A stretch of DNA of 64,000 nucleotides from Leucoraja ocellata (taxonomy: Eukaryota), in NCBI GenBank assembly GCA_036785375.1, contig JAWMAR010000028.1, positions 2,294,001-2,358,000 of the forward strand, given 5' to 3'. Shown here piece after piece: positions 39,501 to 51,500 of the stretch (position 1 is its first letter; each line of letters opens with the position of its first letter). Made by a program: the position numbers and the translations under genes. The notes under the pieces were generated by a model that saw only the letters and a program-made list of their open reading frames with translations, did not search any database and had not been told where the DNA came from.

Positions 39501-42500
39501 TGATGCGATCTTAATTCAAAGGTGGAATTGTAGATCCACATTTTCATAAGTTTAGGCTGCTGTTTTCATCCGCTTGCAATTCAGATATTTGTACTTCTGG
39601 TGAGCAACCATGTTACAGTTGGTTGTATGGATCAATTTAAATCGTAAACAGGTTGTCTGTGGTACTCTAAAGTTTGGATTGAATTGCCTGGGACGGTGTT
39701 TCAAGCACAATGTACAGCAACTTTCAGAAGATAATTGAATAAATAATTTCCAGTACCATGAGGAAAAGAACAGTGGGACACTTGTCCCACTATGTATAAA
39801 ATAAAAGCAGGAAGAAAGGGGTTTAAGAAATCTTGATTTGTTTTCTTGAGTAACTTCATGAGAAAGTATTCAATCTACCGCCATTTCACTTTTCAGCAAT
39901 TACAAACACTTTTGGTGTCAAGGTGGTTATTCCATTGACCAAGCAAAGGGGCAAAGAACCTTACCTTAAAAAAATATGTTTGTCCTTTGCAATTGCACCT
40001 TGTGAAGACGGTGTCTATTGGGGATGGAATACCCCACACATCGGTGATGCTACGAGGGTGGCCTAATGTTTGTCCTTGCTGGCTTATTGTCCAAAACAAA
40101 TTACCTGAAAAACATACAATTAAGCCATTTAGTGAATAGCTATGACAGAATGAAAGGATAACTGGTATGTTGGAATATTTCAGACCGTGGCACATACTTT
40201 GTAATTATTACCAGGCAAATGATCAGCGACTGACTGATCATCAGTGAGCATTTAATGCCATTACATTATTGCCAAAACAGTTGGATTAGGATTCCAATTG
40301 CCTTCACCCTGTATTATGCTGGAAAACATTCTGCAGCACCACCCAGTCCCCCGGGTTAATGCGTTTTCATTCTGGCAGGGGATGTGTTGTAACATTTCCA
40401 GCTCAACAGATATGCTCATTCTGACTGACATTAATGCCCCTGTCCCACTTAGGAAACCTGAATGGAAACAACTGGAGACTTTGCGCCCCACCCAAGGTTT
40501 CTGTGCAGTTCCCGGAGGTTGCAGGTGGTTGCAGGTAATGGAAGCAGGTAGGGAGACTGACAAAAACCTCCGGGAACCGCACGGAAACTTTGGGTGGGGC
40601 ACAATGTCTCCAGAGGTTTCCGCTCAGGTTTCCTAAGTGGGACAGGGGCATAACTCACTTTGGGTTAAAAATATGAGACATGCTTAAAATGTAAAATATT
40701 TGCGTGTGTTAAATTATCTTGAGATCAGACCATCTATTTTTAATCATGAGTGACATTGGACATTTGTCCAGAGTTGAGGCTCTGGCTCATTCTCAGAGGT
40801 AGGGCCAAACTGTAAATGAAACACTGATCACAATCAGACAGGGGCAGCAAATGCCAACCTCTCTCGATATAAAGAGAAATATTCAAAGCTTGACATTTAC
40901 GCACTTCCTAAATCTACAGTTTCTTTCATATCTTACCTCTAAAAATATACGTTGTTCCATTCTGTAGAGTTGTCGAAGCATCTGAAGGCTTCGTGTTACA
41001 CAAATTGGGATCGTTAAGACTGGCTAAAATGGTAATTTGAATAATTACTGAATTTTCAGAAACACAAAATCATCCACATTTCATAATTTAACATTTATTG
41101 AAACTTGTTATTTCACATTTAGTTATACACTTCACTAGCAAATTTATGCTTGTGCCATTCATCATCACATGGCATAGAAATGCAGTGAGTTACAGCAGGA
41201 TTGTTATACCATGCTAATGAAGAGGCTCTTTCCATAAAAGCATTCCAACCCTTTTTTTTGATGTTATTCCATAAATTATTATATTAACTGAATTGAATTT
41301 CATAACTTGTCATGGAGCAGTTTGAAATCAAGATGCAGGGGTTACATGCAGTGGCGGACTGGCCACGGTGTCAGCTTGCCCGAATGCAAGTGGGCCCCTG
41401 ATGAAGTGGGCCCCCTTTGTCTCCTGGCAACCAATATTTTTAGACCCAGTCCGCCACTGGTTACATGCCCTTACCCATTAGGTTACAGGAGCTTCATTTG
41501 TTCATGTGAAACAATCATTGAGTTGTGTGCATTATTACTTTTTTCTGTTCTTAGTTCAGACATAGATTCCCTCAATATTAACGATAATTCAGAGCAAGTA
41601 AATTGTATACCTTACCTTCATATGACTGCATTTTCTCAGTTGTTTGATTTTCTGGTTCAACTGATGGTAATGGAAATTTAGTTACCATGTTATCATTCTT
41701 AGCAGGGCCAGTGACCTATGAAATGAAAGACATTTAAGTTTGTTTTTGTAATGGAGGAGAGAGTTGTATTTTTGGTGCTTCAGTTTCCCCGACCTGTAAC
41801 GTTCTGTAGCACCAAACTGCATTTATATTGCATTGCCGCAATGATTGATTGGACCAAAATGATGTTTTTCAACTGGGCATAATTATGGTAGTGGAATAAT
41901 TCAGATTTACCTTTTATGAGTTACTTCATGTCAGATGAACCTATTTCAAACAGAGTTGTTGAAGGATGAAGTCATGCCCTTTCAATGAAAGGCACTCCAC
42001 TTCAAAAATAGATTCCGTTGCAAGAAAGAGTGGGGGTGAAGAAATACTTTGCGTTTCTCCTGCTGAAACCACATTAAGATGGCACACCCCTCATTGCTGA
42101 CAGTATTTTCCTGCTCTCTGGCCATGCAATGCCATAGATTACTGAATGGGGCCCTCTCTGGAGATGGAGGGGTGGGGAGTGTCAGCCTTGTTAATCCTAC
42201 TGAGAGAACCACCAGCACTTTCTGACTTGAGTATCTTCAATACTTGAGAGCTTACTTTACTGCCACAAGCATGCCTCATTTACAGATTTGTACTGGAAGC
42301 AGAAGGAATCATTTGTAAAATATATTATTTGGGAATTTTGGATAATGTTATTAAAAGTGAACTGAGTTCAACCTCTGAGGTGGACAATTGATTTACAAGG
42401 TTCTCTTCGTTTTAAATGTTTTTTTCCACTAACAAGCACAGACTTACCTAATCTGGATTTAAGATTTATTCTGCATTGTTTGATTTTGTATAGTTAAAAA

Positions 42501-45500
42501 TAAATGTGCACTTGTTTAGCTATACAAATTCTTAGAATTGACAGGCAGCATGGTTTTGTTTTTATTTACATTAAGATTTGTTACCTGTGTTTATCAGGAG
42601 CAATGGGCATTTCTCATTTTTAACTTTTGAATCTGTTGTCATTGATTCTTCTGTACCGGTCTTTACTTCTGTATTTATGTTAACATGTTCATAGCCACTG
42701 GTCTTTGCAAGATATTAACTTGCTATTTCCACTTTTTGTAGTATTGGATCTTGTGGCATAGCTTTTGCAGGTACAGTGGGTTGCAATATTCTCTCTTTAC
42801 CTAAATCTGAACCAGTAAAATAGTTTATACCGACCAGCAATCACCCATACACTAATTCTATCCTGTACACTAGGGACAATTTACAGAAGCCAATTAACCC
42901 ACAAACCTGCACGTGTTTGGAATGTTGGAGGAAACCAGAGTACTCAGGGAAAACCTACGCTGTCACAGGGAGAATGTACAAACTCCGTCCAGCCAGCAAC
43001 TGTAGTGAGGATCGAACCTGGGTCTCTGGCACTGTAAGGCAGCAACTCTACCATTGCGCCACTGTGCCACCCTAATATTGATGCTAGATTATCTGGGTTA
43101 TCAGGATTAATTACACAAATTACACAAAACAAAGTTTGGAGCAAAATGCTGCAAAAGTTTGTAATTTTTGTTCTTTGATCCTTCAAGATTAATTGATTTA
43201 CTTGGGTCTTCTCGCCACATATTTAGAAAATGAGGAACCATCATGAACTGTGACTATTGCCAATTCACCTTTATTTAAAATTTTAGAATCTGCGGTCTCA
43301 TCTCCAGTGACAGAGGTTGTAGTCGATCCTCTTTCCAATATGTTATATTCACTTAACCTTTTAGTTACCTTGTTATCTAAGACTTCATCATTGATAAATC
43401 CATCTTGAGGAACAGGGTACGCTGTCATTCCTTGACCCAGGATTTTAGAATTAGTAGGGCTATTCTTATTAATGGGAGATGTTGCCACTTCTTTATCCAA
43501 TATTTTTGACCCAATGATCCAATACTCAGGGACCTGATGCTCTGCAGATCCTTTATCCAAGATTTTAATATTGTTAAAACCATCGAAAGGAACAGAGTAC
43601 ACTACTGTTCCTTTATTCAAGACTGTAGAATCTGTGGAACTGCCTTTGCTAATGGAGGATGCTATCATTCCATTGCGGAAGGTTTTAGAATCTGTGGTCT
43701 TATCCTCCATTTCAGGAAACATTGGTGTTCCATTATCTATGGAATTACCTACGGATGTTGTCATTTCATCATCCAATATTTTAGAATCCATGTCACTATA
43801 TTTTTTAGGCGAGGCTGTCAGTTTTACTTTATCCAGGATTTTAAAACCTGCGGTCCAATTTTGGGGAGAACTAGACATCGCCATTTCTTTGGCCAAGACT
43901 TTAGAACCTGTGGTCCCATTTTCGGGAGAATCAGTCATTGCCATTTCTTTATCCAAAATCTTAGAATGAGTGGATCCATCTTCAGATGGAGAGGATATTG
44001 ATCTTTCCTTGGTCATGATTTGAGAAACTATTGTCTTAAATTCAGGAACGGGAGATGTTTTTATCTCTTTATCCAATATTATAGACTCTAAAGATGCATC
44101 TTCAGGAACAGCGGGCATTGGCATTGGCTTAGTTAAGATTTGAGAATTCTTTGTCCCGCCATCAGGAAAAGCTGTTGACACTCTTTCATCTGAAATATTT
44201 AAAACCATGGTCCTAATCTCATCACTGGTGGGTGTTGTCAGTCTGTTCTCTACGATATGAGGTACCATGTAAACATCTCCAGCGGCAGAGGAATGTGACA
44301 TTCCTTCATTGGATATATTGGAATGTATTTTCTCACCTTCAGAAATAGGTGTAATCAGTCCTGTGTCCAGAATTTTCAAATGCGTGGAATTAACTATGTT
44401 ACCAGAGGGTGTTGTCCTTTCTGCATCTCCACTTTTAAAATCCCTGGATGCATTGCAAGGAACAGAGGCTGTTGTCATTAATTTGTGCAGTAGTTTGGAA
44501 TGAGTGAAAGCAACTGATGGGACAAGGGATGTTGATTTTCCTTTATCAAAGATTTTAGAGTCTGTTGACCCATGTTCAATAATGGAGGGTACCATAATGA
44601 CTTTATCCACAATTTTAGAATGTATAATCCTATCTTCAGGAATGGCTGTCGTTCTGCTAACCACGATTTTGGATCCTGTGGTCCCATCTTCAGGAGTGGG
44701 TGATGTTGTCATTGTATTATGCAAGGTTTTAGAATCCATAGAAACATTTTTGTGAAAAGACGTTGTTGCCATTCCTTTATCCAAGGCTTTAAAATTGATG
44801 GATGGAACATCGGGAACAGAGAGAGTTGTCATTCCGTTATCCACTATTTTGGAAACTTCTGAAATATCTTCAATAACAGAGGACATGGGTCTTCCATTAT
44901 TCAAGAATTTGGTAACGATTGAACCATCTTCAGGAACAGTAGTTATTATTCCTTTATCCAATATATTAGTATTCATGGAAGACTCTTTTGGGATGATGTG
45001 TGTTGTTACTCCAGTATCGACGATTTTGGATTCTATCGAATCTTCAGGAACTAAATGCATGGTCTTATTTTTAGAAACAAAAGATGTTACTATTCCCGTG
45101 TCAAAGGATGTAGAATCTGTGGAACTATCATCATGAATGGGAGATGCTGTCAATTTGTTATCTAATAATTCAGAATCTGTATTCCTATATTCAGAAAATG
45201 TGGATAGTTCTCTTCCTATATTTAAGATTTTTGTAGCTCCAGTCCCATTTTCAAGAGTGTTGGATGTTGTATTGTTATTCAAGGTTTTTGAATCAATGGA
45301 TGCACCTTCAAGAACAGAGGGAGTTGTGATGTCTTTATCCAAGGATGTAAAATCTGTGGAAACTAAGGCCCCTGTTAGTTTGTCCGAGAGTTTAGAACTT
45401 GTGGAATCATTTTCAGAAACAGAGGGTGTTCCTTTACCCAATATGTCAGGATCTGCGGAAGTCTCTTTTGGCATGATGAACGTTGTCAGTTCCATATCTG

Positions 45501-48500
45501 ATAATTCCAAATATGCAGTTCCATCTTGAGCACCATCTTTAAGTGATCCTCTAGAATCTCTTGGCACCTTTTTCGTAACAAGAGGAGTTCCTGACATCTC
45601 TTTGTCCAAGAGTTTGGAAGACGGGGTCTGTTTTTCCTGATCAGGGGACATTGTTTTTCCTGTACTCCTGATTTTAAGATCTGTGGCTTCATGTAAAGGA
45701 ATTATGGTGGATTTATTTCCTTTATTTAAGATTATAGAATCTGTAGCAACATCTTTATTGTCTGGAGGAACTGACATTTGCTTGTCCAAGATTTTCTGAT
45801 CAGTGAAATTCTTTTCAGGAGCAATGGTTGATATTCCTTTCGGTAAGATTTTAGAATGCATGGTCCCATCTTCATGAACAGAAGAAGTTGTCTCTGCATT
45901 ATTCAAGATTTCTGAATCTGTGGAAGCATCTCCAGCAGTAGTGGGAGAAGCCAGTTTATTACCCAAGGCACGAGAAACTGTGATCCCAATTTCAGTAAAA
46001 GTGGCAGTCATTATTCTTTTGTTCGTGGTCCCATTATTGGGAATGCTAGATAATGTTATTACTTGATCCAACACCTTAGAATGCGAGAATCTATTTTCAG
46101 GATCAGTGGCATTTCCTGTTATCACATTGTGAGATCCAGGTATTGTTGTTATTTCTTTAACCAAGATTTTTGAATCGGTGGAATCACTTTTAGGAACAGC
46201 GGTGGTTATTCCTTTATCCAAGATGGTAGAATCCAAGAATCCATCTTCAGGATCAGTAGGAGTTGCTGTATTGTTAGTCAAGAATGTGGAAGTTGTGTTT
46301 GTATCCTTGGAAAATGATATAGTTATTTGATGAAACGTTGAAGGTTCTGAGAGAACAGATGGAGTTGTCATTCCATCAATCGGTATATTGGAGCTTCCAG
46401 AAGCCTTTTCAGAGATGGCATGTGTCGTCAATCCTGCCTCAAAGATTTTAGATTCCGTAGAAGTCTTTTTTCTGATGAAGGCTGTTGTCGTTGTTTTACC
46501 CACGATTTTAGTATCCGTGGTCACATCAACAGGAACAAAGGAATCTGTCATTTTGTTATTCAAGATTTTAGAGCCTGTGGAAATATCCACAGTGACTGAG
46601 GGCAACACATTCTTATTATTCCAGATTTCTGAGTTTATGGAATTGCGTTCAGGAACAATTGGTGTTGCTTGATTATTCAGCAGTTTGGAATCATCGGTCC
46701 TACCTTCAGGAGCCAAGAATGCTGTCCTTCCTTCATCTAGTACAGTAGGAACCGAGGAAGCTCTTTCAGGGGCAGATGATGTTGTTTTTTCCCTATCTGA
46801 GTCTGAAATTTTGGGTTCAATGGAAGCAACTTCCGTGATAAAGTCTGTGGCCATTCCTTTATCCAAGAGTAAATAATCTACAGATTCATTTTCAGGAACA
46901 GTGTTTGTAGGTCCGATTTTTGAATATGTTGTCCTATCTTGAGGATCAAGCGACATTGTTATTCCTTTACCCAAGATGCTTTGATCAGTTGAATCAACCT
47001 CAGGAACAGTGGATGTTATTCCATTATCTAAGATTTTAACATTTATGGTTGTATCTTCAGGAACCAAATTAGTCTTTGCATTATCCAAGATTTCTGAATC
47101 TGTGGAAGAATTCCAAATAACAGTGGGAATTGCCAGATTTTTACCAAGGGTATTTGAATCTGTGATCCCCATTTCAGCAGAAGGAGCAGCTGTTATTCCG
47201 TTATTCATGGACTCATTAAGTACATAAGATGTTGTTCTTAATTTATCCAAGATTATTGAATCCGTGAATCCATCTTTGGGATCAGAAGGGGTTGTTGTTT
47301 TGTTATCCAAGAATGCAAAATCCGTGTTTGCATCTTCAGGAAATGAGTATGATGTCGTTATTTTATAAAAGGCGTTAGAATCTGTGGTTTCAGTTTCTGG
47401 AACAGAGGATGTGATGTTTCTATTGTCCAAGACTTGTGAATCTGTAGAAGCAGTGACAGGAATAGTGGGAGTTGTTCTTTCATTAATTAAAACTCTGGGA
47501 TCCATGGATGTCTCTTCAAGGAAAGTGGGTGTTGTCATTTCTGACTCCACGATTTTTGTTCCTTCAGGAGCATCTTGTGGGATAGAGACTGTTTTTGTTA
47601 TTTTATCAAAGTTATCAGAATCGGTGGTTGCATCAACAGGAACAGAGGAATTTGCGATTATGGTATCCATGTATTTAGAACTTGTGGAAATGTCCTCAGT
47701 AGCTGAAGGCATTGTCTTTCCATTGCTCTCAATTTCTGAATCCATAAAATCATTTACAGGAATATTGGTTGCCACTTTATCCGGAATTTTAGAATTGTTA
47801 GTTCCATCTTCAGGAACAGAGAACGTTGTCATTTCTTTGTCAGATACACTTGGAACTGCTGAAGGCTCATTTGGGGCAGTGAATCTTGTTACTCCTGTGT
47901 CTGAAGTTTTAGGTTCCATGAAAGTAACTTCTGCGTCAGTGGCTGTTGGCATTCCCTTCTCCAAAAACATAGAATTAGTGGAGGCATCTTCATGAACAGT
48001 GTCTGTTGACTCCACTTTGGAATTTGTAGAACCTCCTTGAGTAATCGAGGTCATTGCCAACCCATTGTTCGTGATTTCTAAATCCATGGAATCATCATCA
48101 TCATCAGGAACAGTACTTGTTTTCATTCTTCCTTGCAACATTTTAGAATCCGTGGTCCCACTTTCAAAAACGCTGTATGTTGTCATTATGTTTTCCAAGA
48201 GTTTAGAATGTATCTTCTTATCTTGAAGTACTGAAGATGTAGTCATTACTGTTTCCAGAATTTTTGAATCTGTAAACCTGTCTTCATAGGTTGGTGTGAA
48301 TTCTTCACTTACGACTTTAGAATCCCTTGTCCCATCCACATGGTCAGAGAGTGTAGTCAATACTCGATTCAAGATTTCAGAATCAGTGGTTCCATCTTCA
48401 GGAATAGATGATGGTCTGCTCACAATATTGGAGATTTGAGAGTCATTTCGTCTACCATCGGTAACAATGGGCACTGTTGTTATTTTCAGAGACATCTTAG

Positions 48501-51500
48501 AATCCTTGGTAGTAGCTTGAGGAACAGAAGGAGTTGTCAGTCTGGTATCAATAATTTCAGAATATTTGGAATAATCTGCAGGAACAGAGGAAGTTGTATT
48601 TTTTTCATACCCGATTTTAAAACTAATGGAAGGGCCTTCAGTAACTGATCGTGCTGTTGTTCCATTGTCCATGATTTTTGAATCCATGGAATTGGTTTCA
48701 TAAATAGTAGTTGTTATATTTTCCAGGATTTTAAAATCATGTGTCCTACCTTTAGGAACAAGAAGTGTTGTTATTCCTTTATCCAATGTACTACTAGCTG
48801 AGGAAGCCTCTTTTAGGGCAGTGTGTGTTGTTAGAGGTGTATCTGAGGTTTTGATGCCTTGAGAGTGGCCTTCTGCAACAGAAAGTGATGTCTTCCCTGT
48901 ATCCAAAAATATAGCATCTATGGTGACATCTTCATGAAGAGGTGATGTTATTATTCTTTTATTCAAGACTGTTGAGTTTGTGAAAGCTTCTTCTGGATGA
49001 GTGGTTGCATTTATTCCTTTATCCGTGATGTTAGGTGATACAAGAACACTGTGCGTTGATGTAATGTTATTAATTTTAGAATCTGTGGTCCCAACTTCAG
49101 GAAGAGCTGTTGCAGTTATTGCGTTAGCCAGGATGTTTGAATCTGTGGAAGCATCTGCAGAGACATTGGGTGCTCCCAATTTTTTATCCAAAACATTAGA
49201 ATCTGTTATCCCATCCACAGAAAAAAATGCATTTGTTATTAAAGACCTTGTTATTCCTTTATCCAAAATGTTAGACTTTGTGGAAGCAGCTTCAGGAAAA
49301 GGGGAGGTCATCATTATTTTAGACTGTATTTTAGAACTTATGGTCTCATCTGCTGGAACCATGAGCATTGTCATTCCGTTAGACAAGATTGCAGAATCGG
49401 TAGAAGCATTGGCATGAGCAGAGAAATTTGCCACTCCACTCTTGAATATATTTGGACCTGTTGATGCTTCTTCAGGGACTGTATGCATTTTCATACCTGT
49501 ATCTAAGGTTTTAGATTCTGTGGAATTATTTTGTGGCATAAAGGCTGTTGTCCTTCCTTTATCGAGAATTTTTAAATCTGTGGACGCATCTGAGGGAACG
49601 GGGGATGTTTTTATTTTATTATCCAAGATTTTAGAACTCGTGGAAACATCTGTAATTGAGAGCATCATGGTACCATTGTTCAGGATTTCTAAACCCTTTG
49701 AACCACTTGCAGGAATAGTGGTTGTTATCTCTTTATCTAAGTTTGTCGATTTACTGGTCACATCTTCAGGAATGGAGCGTGTTGTCATTTCTTTGCTTAG
49801 TTTATCGGGATCTGAAGAAGAACCTTCTGCGACAATGCGAGTTGTCATACCGGTGACTGAGATTTCAAAATCTACACTCCCATCTTGAGGAACAGTGTTC
49901 ATTGTCATTCCATTAATCATGAGTTGAGAATCTGTCCTCTTATACTCAGGAAGTTTAGACCATGATGGTATTCTATACAGGATTCCTGAATCCGTCATCA
50001 CTTCTCCTAGACTTGGGGTAGCCGTAGGTGTCACAGTTTTATATAACATTTTAGATTCCATGATCTCGTTTTCAGGAACAGAAGGAGCTGCCAATCCATT
50101 GTCCAAGAGTTTTAAATGAATGGAAGCATCTTCAGAAAGTGGTGTTGTCAATTCCTGATCCAAGATTTTGGAATATCTGATCCCATCGGCAGGAAAAGTA
50201 GAAGTTGTTATTTTATGTAAGGTTTTAGAATCAGTGGCCTCGCCTGCCGAAACAGGGAGCAATGTAATTCCATCATCTAAGATTCTTGAACTTGTTGAAG
50301 CATCTACAGGGAAATAAGTTGTTTTTCTATTATCCAAGATATCAGAACCCATTGAGGTCGCTACAGTGACAAGGTGTGTCTGCATTCCTGTACTCATGAT
50401 GTTATCATTCATAAACTCACCTTCTGGAACACCAAGGGTCGTCACTTTGCTTACCAAGGTTTTAGAATGCGTATTCCCACCTTCAAGATCAGATGGTGTG
50501 GCCATTCTTGTGTCCAAGATTTTAGAATCTGTGAAACTATCTTTATTAGCAAAAGGTGTTGTCAATCCTTCATCAAAACTTTTCACATCCCTGGACTTAT
50601 CCTCGGGACCAGAGAGCGTTGTCAACACTTTAAGCATGATTTCAGGATCCCTGGTCCTATCCTCTGGGAATGTGGAAGATGTCATTATTTTATACAATAT
50701 TTTAGACGCTGTGGTCTCACCTAACGGAACAGAAAGCAACGTAATTCCTTTATCCGAGAATCTAGCACCCATAGAAGCAACTGCAGGAGGGGCAGAGGTT
50801 GTAACTCTACTCTCTGATATTCTAGAACCAGCAAAAATCTCTTCAGGGTCAGTATTTGCTGGCATTCCCTTGTTCAAGATTTTGGAATCTGTGGAAGCAA
50901 ATTCTGGGATAGAAGTTGCTGTTGTTCTTTTATCCAGGATTTTAGAATTTGCGGAACGATCTACGGGAACTGAAGGAGTTGTCATTCTATTATATAGAGT
51001 TCTAGTACTTGTGGAAGTATCCTCAGAAATTGAGGGCACGGATATCCTATGGTTTGGGAGTTTTGAAATGAAGGAATCACTTTCAGGAACAGTTGTTATT
51101 TCCTTATCTAGTGTTTTAGAATAATTGGTCAAATCTTTAGGAGTGGAGGGTGTTGTAATTCTTCTATCCAATATACTTGGAACTGAGGAAATCTCTTCTG
51201 GGAGAGTATGTGTTATTATTCGTGTGCCTGAGATTTTAGATTCTATGGAAGCAACCTCTGTGCTCAAGGATGTTGTCATTCCTTTATCCAAAAACATAGA
51301 ATCTGTCGTTCCATGTTTAGAAACAACTGATATTGTTACTCTTTTACTCAAGATTTTTGAATTCATGGATGCTTCATCAGGAAGAGTGTTTTTTCCCATT
51401 CCTTCATCCAATCTTTTACGATCAGTGGATCTATCGCCAGAAACACTGTACATTGTCATTTTGTTATCCCAGGCTTTAGAATACATCCTCCCATCTTCAA

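Noticed and set aside
42448-42470. 23-nt micro-exon with a gtaagt donor on - strand
   Set aside because: It is open only as phase 2-1, needs the weaker 43202 donor, and has a poor acceptor; unsupported.
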